From: Trichoplax sp. H2
Lineage: Eukaryota
Assembly (NCBI GenBank): GCA_003344405.1
Contig: NOWV01000025.1
Location: 248,001-312,000 of the forward strand
Length of the DNA stretch: 64,000 bases
Direction: 5' to 3'
The notes below the pieces were generated by a model that worked only from the letters and a program-made list of their open reading frames with translations, had not been told where the DNA came from and did no database searches. Below are positions 11,001 through 23,500 of the stretch, piece after piece; the stretch's first letter is position 1, and each line of letters opens with the position of its first letter. A program made the translations under genes and the position numbers.

Positions 11001-14000
11001 TAGGCTTTAGTTCATGTTGTACAGCTGTAATAGTGAATTATGTTAATGCAAGAGTTGTAACTAAGTCGTGTGTGATCATGTTGCTTCGTTTAGAACTTGT
11101 TCGAATTATCTCGAGTATACCAACTCAGACTGTTGTATTACAAGAGGGTGAGAGTAGAACGTATACTTGCGCAGCGTCAGGTTCTCCGAAACCAAATGCG
11201 TATTGGTTGAAAAATGGCGAAATTCTTCAGTTTGCTGAATCTGTGACAACGATGGTATTAGTCGCAAATAGAAGCGATAATGGTGCTCGATTCACCTGCA
11301 GAGCCTTAAATGTTAACGAAAATATAGAATTACATTTCAATTTGACTGTTTACTGTAAGTATAGGCTACTATTGCACCAATTTGAGTGCAGGTTATATGT
11401 GAATATAATTGCTCACCATTTCATTACAACAATAATATTTATGCTGCTATTAATATATTTTTCTTAGATCCTCCATATGTTTCGGTTCCTGACTTAAAAG
11501 TTTACGTTAAGGAACAACAGAACGCTGTTTTAATATGTAATGCGACATCTAATCCATCAATAACTTCATACAGATGGTTTGGTCCGACCGGTCAGGAAAT
11601 TGTTAGAAACGATAGTGTTATATTCGTGTATGGTAATCGACTTAGTATTCGAGGATTAGACAGAACTCATTCCGGAAACTACGTCTGTAGACCGGAGAAT
11701 GGTATTCGTGGAGGTTCCACTACAACTTTTGAAGTCATTGTACCATGTAAATATTGCCAGTCTATTGTAGATTACAGCTAATGGTTACTCTTAAATTTGT
11801 TTTATGCAATTTCTCAGCCTTATGTATGCACATGATGACCTTATAATTTGGATATTTCTTTGTATCTTAATCCACAGATAAACCAATTGTATATGTTAAG
11901 CCAAGCACTTTGACAGTATATAATACACAGAGTACTTTATTCAATTGCACAGTTGACGCTATCCCGCGTGCAACAGTGACATGGAGAAGGGTCAATGGTG
12001 AATTCAGTAGAAGAGCAACTATTAGTTCCAATTATTCGCTAATATTTAGAAATCTTAAACGAAATGATACCGGTACCTATCAGTGTGTAGCTAGAAATAT
12101 TGAGGGTGAGACTGCAACAGATGGAGTGCTTACCGTAAAGAATGTTCCTGTCGATCGTAGCGGTTGGTTTTGGCTTATTTATCGTATTGAACATACTGTA
12201 GTTTAATATATCTACTAGAATGTTTATAGAATATTGCATGGTTCGTTATGTAATATGCAACTTGCATATTTTTTGTAGCGTTTGAAGTGATCGTTTGGCG
12301 ATCTGATATCCTTGGTACTAACGTTAGTTGGACAATACCCTCTCAATTGGAAACAACTAGTTTAACGGTACAATACCAAGTATTTGGTACTAGAAAGCGT
12401 GCTGAATGGACGATTGCTCAATCAGGAATTAATCCGACATCTAATAGCATTCGTATTAGTGATCAGTTGTTGGATCAAAAATCGACGTACAATATTAGAG
12501 TGCTGTCATATTACTACAGCGAAGAAGTTTTGACTAGCCTTACTGTCGTGTCGGACCCTCCAGGTAGGCCTAAATAAGCTATAGTATTGATTGTATAACT
12601 ATAGTTACCACGGTTGTTTTTTCATTACGAACGATATTTTAGTTTTCAATGCACTAAACTAGTTATTTATTGGCCCTGCTCGTTATTATAGGGCCCGTAC
12701 CTCCCGAGAGAATAACATATGGACCTTTCAATAAAACTGTATTAATTGCAATTTGTGCTGGTGTTGGTGTTATCATCTTGTTGATACTAGTAGCTTCCTT
12801 AATTGTATATGATCGCACCCATAAAGAAACTCGTAGAGGTACGTGATGGTACAGTATTCCATTTCGTAACCCTTGTTTCATAGATTAGTTTTTACAGTTA
12901 ATTTTATCATTCAATATGTTCAGATGAGATTTCCTCCAAAGAGCCTTACCTTACATCGCCAACAGCAACTATTACAAGACGCCCACAGAAGTATATATTT
13001 TTCATGACTTTCTTTAGTAGCCATTTTATATCGATCGTGACTTATTGTAAAAAGATATTAGCGATTCTCATATACTTTAATTTCTTTACAGTTTCGAAGA
13101 CCATGCTTATACGACTCCAAAAGGTTTAGAGACGTTACCGTCTCCACCGGAGGGTGTATCTCATGCTGAATCTGTTGCTTCAGTAAGCAATGTTAGTATG
13201 CGCAGTGACATGAAGAGAGCTCCAAGCGCTTCAGGCTCGGAATTTGATTACAAAATGGCTAGTCGAAATTACTTTGATGATGCAGCTAGTGACAATGCAG
13301 ATCGTTACAGTGTTCGATCAGACCGAAGTTCGCGCAAACGCAGGCAGAGCCAGACCAGTAGACAATCAGGTATGTCATCACTAATTATTTACTGATTGAT
13401 GATATTATTTCAATTAAATCACTGCTATGTATTGCAAATACGAGTAGAGGCTACGTCTGTGGATGAGGAAAACATAGATTATGCAGATGGTTACGGCCGT
13501 ACTCCTGCAGAGATGCTGTATTATACCCCAGATTATAAGAAAGGCTCCACTACTGGTCGGAGCAGGGTAAGATATTTAATATCTTAGTCATTTTAGTGTA
13601 CTGCAGGATTGATTATCTTGTACGAGATCAATGCCACTTAAACATTCGTATGGAAGTAAAAATGAATCTTAGTTGTATAAAAGAATTAATTTTTTTCGCA
13701 TTATCATTTTATATAGGAAGCAAAAGATAAGCGGTATTCTTTGCAAGCAGACGAGAAAGATGATGTTGATGCATACCGCCCATACTATACAACAGGTCGC
13801 TCTAATGAAGCTGCTAGTAAGAAATCATCCCGTCCTACTAGAGCAGAATCGGTCGGTGCTATGGAAACGACAAATAATTATGGATACAACGTTCAAGATA
13901 GGATATCTGCTGATCAAAAGAATGCTAAAGAACGTGACCAAATTTTACAAGATAAACTACGCCGTCATGATCCTGCTTATCAGAAGCGGCGCTCTAGAAG

Positions 14001-14808
14001 TGATGCACCTTCTGACAGCGGTATGTCTGAGACAAGTTATAATCGTAGATCGAAAAAGAACGAGCAACGACGGTCTAAAAATGTGGAAGCGAATAGCGAT
14101 GCGGAATCGTTACCAAGTCCTACCAGGCCTTCATCGCAGTATAGTGCAAAAAAGCCTTACTATTACTTAGATGATGATCAATCAACGGTCAATACTGATG
14201 ATTACTCTTCAGACATTGCTATAACCAGTAATAGACGTCATGATGATCGCTTGTCACGACCCAAATCAAGAGCACCATATGTTGAAGGTGATAATCAACC
14301 ATACGATCTTGGTAAACGCTTAGCACGCTCTCGAGAAATGTTATCGAATTCTCAAGCCGATGCCAGTGTTTATAATCAGTCATCGCCGTATAATAAATCA
14401 TCTTCATCGTCTAACACTAGGTTAAATCAACGTCATGATTTTCATGACAGCTCTGAGAGCTTATCGCGCTCGAAAAAGTCTCAAAGCCGAGAAAATATTC
14501 ACCACCTAACAGGTTCTAGAGGTAATCTAACTAAAAGCCCGTTAGAGGATGATGATGATTTCGAATATCCTCCGCCACCAAAAGATGTAAATTATCATCG
14601 TAGTTCGGAAAATGTCGCTGGTCGGTATGCAAGTAATGAAAGTTTAGGTTCTTCACATAAACGCAGTGCCCCCAATTATAGCTTAGCTAGGTCGAATGAA
14701 AATTTAGCCCGTTCTCGAGAGAGCCTGTCATCTAGAAATGCCGGATCACGCACACCACATAATGCAAGACACGCTCCTATGATTGCACCAATTGCCAAAG
14801 ATATTTAA
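8095..14808 (+). CDS. Nephrin/SYG-2/Echinoid-like Ig-superfamily type I membrane protein: signal peptide + 8 Ig + 1 FN3 + TM + ~525-aa S/R/Y-rich cytoplasmic tail (~1407 aa, 15 coding exons)
   Basis: Hand-spliced exons, all GT-AG with consistent phases: 8095-8143 (MKQIILSIILLHFFVH, signal), 9099-9410, 9494-9742, 9833-10108, 10269-10526 (not in ORF track; LPCAADSNP..WVTW..GSYGC), 10697-10963, 11094-11354, 11468-11746, 11878-12162 (8 Ig exons, each C..W..Y/FxC), 12279-12563 (FN3: VSW..VQY..YNIRV), 12692-12838 (TM VLIAICAGVGVIILLILVASLIVY), 12924-12990, 13092-13369, 13448-13566, 13717-14808. Sum 4224 nt with no internal stop. Motifs NRSDNGARFTCRALN and linkers VQYAP/VYYPP are typical of the nephrin/Kirre/Echinoid class; exact orthology uncertain. 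Confidence 0.9.
8214..8395. repeat. Near-perfect 90-bp tandem duplication in the first coding intron of the nephrin-like gene
   Basis: ATTTGTCTCCTCATGGCTATATTGGATATAC... starts at 8214 and 8304, with few substitutions. Confidence 0.95.
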
Positions 14809-17514
14809 TACTTTATCTGAGACGTTATCCTATCTACTGTTGTAATATATTTATGAAAATTTATCATTCATTCTAATTATAAGATTGGTATTTGTTTTTA
14901 AGTCTATTATGCTTGGCAATGCTTTTTCATTGGTATGAATTTTTTATAAGCTGTTCTTGTCATACGTACTACCACAGGTAAACATTTTGGTAATGATTTT
15001 GCATTGAAGGGCTTTTTATATGCGTTTCTTTAATCTATCATGTATATTGCTATGATATCATCTAAAATATAAATTCTTGGTTGATTGTGTATCAAGCTAT
15101 TCGTGTCGTGTGTTGTTATTCTTGGATCTGATAAATAAATTTCTGCCAAAGTTGCAGTTGTTAAAGTATTAGATTACTAGATTTATTAACTAAACCTTGT
15201 TCGGTCGTGTCTGTTATTGATTTTTTGTTATGTTTGTTATTTTAACTAATGTATAACCATTTATAACGTAGACTGATTGAGTAGCTATGACCTCGCTACT
15301 GTAGTGTAATTGAACTATATGACCTATTCTGGTGTTGATCTGCATATTAAATTGGTTGATGACTCTGTTAAAATTTATTTTTTAGCAATTTAAAACTAAT
15401 GCATTATTCAGTGAAGGAAAATTTTGTATCCTTATTTGTTGTTCTTGTAGCATTCGATGTATCGTTAACATAGTTATGCATGGTAAATTAGACTATACAG
15501 ATTTTATTTTAAAAATATGCAAAGCTCGTAATAATTAATCAAGCATGGGTACAGCTCTTAACTAGTTATTTACAAGTCTCAGTTAAAGTTGAATATAAAT
15601 GACGAAATAATTATCGTGAGGGTTAGAAGGAACAGGGGCGTAGAAGTGGCTTCAAAAATACTCATCTGTTACTAATTAATCAAATACTATCATTTTAATA
15701 AATCATGATGAAATTGTTAGAATCGAAGACTAAATGCTTACAAATTGTTTACAATTTAATCTTTGGTAACAAACCCTAATCTCTGGGTAGTATTAAATTC
15801 GTTACTTTGCTCATTTGATCACGAATAAAACAGCTTAAGATGTACCGTCCGTAGTGTACAGATCAGTAAAAATATTTGTAGTGTCATATTGTGGTAACTG
15901 ATTGGGCATGAATATTCATTTAATCTAATATATATCACAGATAGAAAATTAGATCATGCTGTGATTATTTGATCGTCTGTGTACTACTGCAGTTTAATAA
16001 TTACAGGGTATGAGCGAATAACTTGCTCTATTTAATTTCCTGGCAGGGTTCCGAAAGAGTCTGAATCGTATTTTACCAATAATATTTTGGAAATGAAATT
16101 ACTTTAAGAATTAGCTTGATGAAGATAAGGATCGTTTTATTCTATTACAATAATAAAGTATCGGAATTGACTTGCATACAAATAGAATAGAACTTTAATT
16201 GCAGATAGATTTTTGAGTACTGATACCAATTTCGCAGCTACGATAATACGGCATATACCATTTCTATCTAGTAAATTCAAATTACGATATAGGGAAGTTC
16301 TAAAATGCATTTACTATCATTGCCGCGGTCAATTCTATCAATGTACATTAAGTAACTTTCGTACCTCACTAGAATCTTAAAAAGGGACGTTGATATGTGA
16401 TAGACCAAATGCATATAGATCGTTTTAAATACAAGCAACTTTGAAATTTTTAATTATTTATTCTATGAGATGAACATAACAAATGACAACGATTTCGTTA
16501 GGTAGTATAGCTTTATTTTTCAATTTTTCAATTTTTCAATAATTTATCAGCTAAGTACCGTAAGTTGTACTTGAAATTATACAGATACTACGAAAAGAAT
16601 GATATTAGAATAACAATTTAAACTCATTATCAGCAAGGATAAATTACTGTAATACAGAAATTCGAAAATTATAGTTGATGTCATCTTTCTTTAGACTTCA
16701 ATTTTCTGATAACCGTTTTTATACGACAAGTTAATCATCCTATTTCTAATGTGTTAAACAAAATATTTTTATTTCGTGTCTAGGACGAGATTATTTTGAG
16801 TTTAATATACAGTATATGAATATGATATGTACAGAGAGAAAATTTACACAGACATATATATGTATCCGTATACGTGTTTAAATCTCAAGTAAACGATTTC
16901 TTACTAATATTTTTAAATGTAGTCAGCTCTCAAAATGATGACAGTGTAGACAAAGCACTTTTTCTAGCAAGGATATACAAATTAGTTCTCATTTTACCTA
17001 CAAATAAAACTTCATTTAATAGGCAATAATGAAGTATAATATGAATTTAATTTTTACATATGCGTATCGATCAACGAATATAAATAAAAATCAATATTGC
17101 GACTTAAAATAGCGTCAACGTTATTGAATTAATGGAGAGCAAGAATTGTAACTATTTCGAAATCTAAACTTATTCATTGTTGGCATTATTCAATATAGAA
17201 CGCTTCAACTAGCTGTTATACAGGGTGTTATAAAGTCATTTAATTTAAAATATTTCGGTTTATGATTACATTGTAGATAAATTGTCTATGAATAGTTATA
17301 TTAATATTAAGATACTACATGTATCAATTTTAATTTATTACTGAGTATAGCAACGTAGAAATAAAAAATCGACCGTCTATTACTTCATGGATCGATAAAT
17401 TTTTTATAATATAACTTTCAAAATTTAAAACTATCGGTAGGGAATTTCATTCAATTTAAATTTTCAACGAAATTAATATTCAAAATTGATTAGATTATTT
17501 ACAAGCATTCCTGA

Positions 17515-20500
17515 TCATGTTCTAGTTTCTATACGTTTATAATCATCTGCCTCAGGCGGTGATAACCTACTTCGGCGGGACGTATTATCAATATCAATAC
17601 TGTCTGTATGCCTCTCCTCGTTACGTTCATTCTTTTCATCATAATCGCTAATATAATTTCTTTCGCATTCTTGTAACGGAAGATCGGTATCAGGCTCCCC
17701 AGTATTCATTAAACTATATTGCCTATTATTTGGGCTTAAAGTGTTAGTATCATGATCTGGTGAAGTTAGAGGTAGTTCATTGGAATAAGCTAATGCTAAT
17801 TGGCCATGACCTCCAGCTGGCGTTGTAGTTGGCTCAATCGGGCTGCAATCATTATTAGCAGTTTGCATATAGTAAGGATCCGCTGATTCGATAATACGTT
17901 GCTGCTGTAATGGTTGTGGATGATGTTGTTGATGATGATGATGATGATGAGGATGATAGCTATCCTTAGGTGAAGGTATAGTAACGCGAATGACTTGAGG
18001 TGAATTAGAATAGATATGTGCATATTGAGGATGATTATCGCCTTCGTACATGGGACATGTTGCATCAGCGATATAAGATGGATACCGTGGGTGACAATAA
18101 CTATGATTAGCATTACTGCTGCTAGCACCACCAGCATGACTGCTATTGCAACCATCACAATATTTTCGATGAATAAGTGGATTACTATTAATGGTGGGAT
18201 GAAAATTACCAAGGTGAAGATGCATTCTTCCATGATCGCTACTTTCAAATTGTCGATCATCATAGATTGCTTGGCGCTCTGGTATATAAACAGGATGGAT
18301 GCATCGGTCTTCATAATGAATTGTGTCCGTAGGCGATGGAAGTCCACGGTTATCTACTAATCGGTTATTTGTTATATGTGGTTCCACGAATTCTGATTGA
18401 TCATCATAATGACGATTTGTTTTAGGTAAATAAGATCGAGGTATTTTATCATTACAACTGGATGAACTACCATCGGTTCGCTTGCGATACTTTTTAGAAC
18501 GATTGGATTGGTATGAATAATATTCTGAATGTGAATTAGGATCAGTTCGTCGACTATAGCGATTATCTGTTTGGCCATAATTACGATGGCGTCTTCGTCT
18601 TGAACGTCGTTTCGATGATCGTCGACGATCAGTTCGGGTATAACCATATTCTCTCGTAATATTCTTAAAAGAATCGGAGTGATCGAATGATTGTTGAGGC
18701 TGATTTGTCATCCATTCAGCTACATGAGCAGCTTTTCCTTCACTCTCACTATTCATTCTAGGATGGGCTTCAAATTTTTGTTGCTTGCATAGTTCACTAG
18801 ATGAAATTGTCGGAATTATGTTACAAGTTGTGTATGCAATCAATTCAATTAACAGCGTGAATTAAAAAAAAGTATTGATATTTCTTCATTACGGAAGCGA
18901 TATCATATTACTGATTAAGTAGAGTTTTATTTTTCATTTCGCTTACCTTTCTAAGGCTGGGGCAGGTGATTGTTCATTAAGGGAATCTGCATCGACCGTT
19001 TTATCGATATTGCTGGAACTGCCATGATTTGATTCAATCAGAGTATTTCTAATGATTGATGTTTCAACGGCTCCATCAGTTTGATATTGAACTACTGCAT
19101 TTGTCCTAAGTATAAGTAATAATATGAGAATAAATCATATTGTAGGTATAACTATCCTATATTGATACCGTTTCTTGCGTTATACGTAGTATTTTGGAGG
19201 TTAAATCTCCTTTATTCCACGCTAATGGTGTAATTAATTTAATTTATTTAGTGGTAACATACTCGTACTAACCTAACAATTTGGATTTCTTCACCGCGTT
19301 CGGATTCGTGTTGAAATATACTTGCTCCTATCAAATATATAAGTATATTATCATCTAAATTATAAATTTTTGATGATTATTTCAATATTCTATCATTTTC
19401 TCGTCTTTAGAATCATGCAATTTCTGATAATCAACGATTCTAGCATGATGATAATAATACAAGTAAAAGTTGTATATATAAGATAAATGCTCATATCCAG
19501 TAAACTACTAGAGTTTATAAATGGAAAATAAGACATTATTCTTTTTGTTACTATACACTTCCTAATGTTTTACCTTTTCTAGATTGGGGTATTCTATGTC
19601 TTTTCTTGATAACATGCACAATTAATACGATGGCAGCGATTGTAACTATACCGCATGCTGCAATGACAACGGTAAAAATAACTAAATCATCTTTTGTTAA
19701 GGTATCATCATCTATGATAGTTTGTGTTGCTGGATTAGTTTCGCTGTAGATTAGAGGATTCTTGGTACTAACTGTAGGCTGTGTAACTATAAGTAATTTG
19801 AAAAAAGATGCAAATAGTTGTTATAATCTATATATGTTATATATCAACAATAGGTTAGATTATATTATATTATATATAACAAGACATTGATAGAATTACA
19901 ATAATCTAGTCAGGTTTTAATAATATATTAGTACATATTTATTCTATCTTTGGTTAAAAACTACTACTGTAACTATTTAACTAGGTTAAAAATAATCTGG
20001 TTTCATTTTAACAATGCATTAGAACACGTTTATACTATCCTTGGTTGAAAACTACTAGCTACGGGTATTTAACTAGATTAAAAATTTAATCTAGGTAATG
20101 CTCTGAATTAGATCGGTGTAAATCGGACTCTAACTTACACACACGAATATTAATTATGAATTAAATTCACCTGAATTTAATTTAATAACGTAGAATAAGC
20201 TAAATTTTCCTCTTCCTTGGCCGTTAATTGCTTGCAAAGCTGTAATATACGTATGATTTGGCGATAATCCATAAAGCCGATATTCATAAAGGCCAACATT
20301 GTCAAATTTGATGTACTTCATGTTACGCATTGCATAACTCTTGTCATCGATTACCATATAGCATAGTCTATAATGAGTAATTACTTCTTGGGTAATCGTT
20401 TGTGGTCTTAGCTGTTGATTAACGGAGGGAAAAAATGGAAATTAGCTTTACACGTAGTAGATGTGTTATGTAATTCCAATGTCCAGCTTAATCTTTAACA

Positions 20501-23500
20501 GTTTAGACTATTAAAATTACTTATGTAATAACTCACTGTCCAATAGATATCGATGGCCTTGGATTGAATCCAGGATGTATGACTAATATATGGAACCACT
20601 ACTGGAGGCATAATTCGTTCTATCAATTGAATTTCTGCGCTTTTACTATAATCACTCGTTCTATCATTTTTAAAGTTAGCTCTTATGCCAAACCTGTAAT
20701 TAAAGAGGATGTTATATCAATTATTGGATATACAAACATTAGTAAGTCTATTGAAATACATAGTTATATGTTTAATATATTTAAAATAAACTTAATACTG
20801 ATACATTTTGCATTATTCAATTTCTTTATTATTCAATTATGTTATGTACGATCTTCCAAGTATACAAGATAGACTACTTACACATATCTTTGACCTCCTT
20901 TTAAATGTTGGATAGTGAATTGACTTAAATCGGGCGATATATCCTTGATCATATTCTGCCTTAATGATCGACTAAATGAGGAAGTCATATTATACCTAAT
21001 AGTAAATGATTTGACATAGCGTCTATCGCTGGATGGAAACTTCCATAACATTGTTGCATTAGTCTTGCTTTCTTGCCTTATAAATGTAATTATGGGTACT
21101 AGACAGTCAATCAAGACGAGATAATAATGAGAGTTAGTTCATTAATTTATCCATAGCTTCAGTGATAGTAATTAGAATTTATAAAGTGTTAATTTCTTTG
21201 TTCATACCAGTATTAATCCAAGGCCATATGGTCAATTGATTGCTAGCTGATTGGCTTGTAGAGGGATTTGTTGTTAATGTTGCAGTAGATGAAGATGGTA
21301 GCACTGGACGCCCTAATTCAATTTAACGATATCACAATGTGTTATTGATCAGTTCAGAATATCAATTGCTCGTGTAATAAACATTGAAAAGAAAATAGAA
21401 ATTTAGCTTTACCTGGCGAAACATTTAAATAAGTTATAACTTGAGAACTGCCAAATTGGTTGAAAGCAACACATTGATATATAGTTTCATCTCCTTTATT
21501 AACGTTACGTATATAGAGATGATTGTAGTTGCTACGAATGCGAGAATTAAAGTCTGTACGAATTAGTTTAACACCATTTTGGAACCATTGCACAGCAGTA
21601 ACGGCTGATCCAGTTACGGAACAATTTAAATCGATATCAGCACCAACATAAGTTTTGGTTTCTGGAGGTAAGTAGGCTTCAGGTGGAGCTATTGAAGTAA
21701 AATTGCCAATAAATTTAAGTTTATTCCAAGCTAAAAGTACATCTACAGTTTCTTCTATCGTCTAACATTATTTGCATACTGGTATGCTGATATTGTAAAC
21801 GGGAAATAAAGCGATTTTATTTCCTCTAATACTTAAATTTATTTCAAGCTTCTTATAGCGTCGCTAGGTGACCTACAGTAATATCTATTTGTATTTATTA
21901 GATTAAAATAAACTTATATTATGCCATATTATTTCCTTTCGCTCAAATATTACTGTTGGATTCTATTAGATACAGGATGGGATATATAATTTAATTTCTA
22001 AAATTATAATCTTTAAATTTAGGAACTGATCATTTAGTCTTGATCTATTTAAAGAAGTCCTAATTTACGTGATATTATATTTAAAATTCGATTGGCGACT
22101 ATTCCCTCGTATTCAGAGCATAGTAATGTGCTGTTGTAATAAGCTAAGAAATAAACTAGGAATAGGCAATGCTAAATAGATTCAATCTATGCATGTACGA
22201 GTATAATCTCTGTACCTTCAATAGAAAGTAGCGCAGTTGCTGATGTTGACCCTGCTCTGTTTGTTATTGTACATCGATAATGACCACTGTCCGATAATTG
22301 TACACGCTGAATGACAAGATTATCATTTTGAATGAAATAGCGTCCCTGTGGCATTACTCCATCAATTTTTTGCCAATGGACAGCTGCTTCTGGATCAGCT
22401 TGTGGGACGCAATCAAGAACAACATCCGTGTTGACTCGAGCAGTAACATCACGAGGTAAAGTAGTAAAAGAGATTGTATTATGTAATTTATTTGTATCTA
22501 AAATCGAAAAAATGGAAATTGATTTGAATAAAATCAGCGGAATTAAAAAGAAAGGAAGGAAGGAGAATAGACAATTCTTACTTTGAACAGTCACCAGAGT
22601 GCGGAGTGGTCCGCTATTTTTCTCTTGATTTGGTAGTAGAGGATTTTTTGCGAAACATTTATACTTGCCACGATCTTGTCGGGTGACATTGGCAATGAAT
22701 AATGAACCTGATGAGAGAACTTGAACTCGACTAGATTGGACGACCTCAACACCTTTATTTCGAAATGATATTATAGCTGGTGGATTACTGCTAGGTGGAA
22801 AACAAGGTATAGTTAATGGGTGGCCAACAAATGCCATGATTTCGCTCGTCATATTGATAGCAAATTCTCCGATAGCTAGAGTTAAAAAATAGATCGATAT
22901 GGATTCATTAATCCACCAATATACAATTTTTAATATTAAGCTAGTATAAGCCATGGAAATAGATAGGAATATCTTATTAATATAAATCAGGGACAGTAGA
23001 ATAAATGATAGTCAATTAGGAATGTACATAATAAGGATGGATTTGAGAATGCTGTTCAATTATGAATGATAGAAATATCAATATTGCTTAGTCTAATATT
23101 TATAATCAAATATCTTTCCAGTGATGATTCAGTTCGATACTATTAGAAGTTTTTATTGTACTTCTATGAGATTGGCGATTTTACTGCAGATAATGAAATA
23201 ACGAACGAAAATTATACTTTACATTGGGTAAATCTTCAATTCTACTGATTATCATTCTAAATTAGTTGAAAATGGGTCAAATTTATAATGGGATATTTAT
23301 TCAATATTTTTAGATTTATAATATATGATGCAATTATGCCAACTTACTTGCCCACTTGATAGCAGCATAGCGGCTAACTATGGTATAATTGTTGCTACTA
23401 GCGTGGCATTGGTATTTGCCAATGGTAGATTGATTAACTTGTTGTATCCATAATGAATGATTATTTAAAACTGCTTGACTATTGGTCCATAGTTGATCAT

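Noticed and set aside
13673..14407. ORFs 13673-14170 (+) and 14219-14407 (-)
   Set aside because: Alternate-frame or antisense shadows of the last exon of the nephrin-like gene.
17796..18647. Hydrophobic ORFs 17796-18347, 18016-18360 and 18372-18647
   Set aside because: Off-frame or antisense readings of the His/Asn/Asp-rich last exon of the CDON-like gene.
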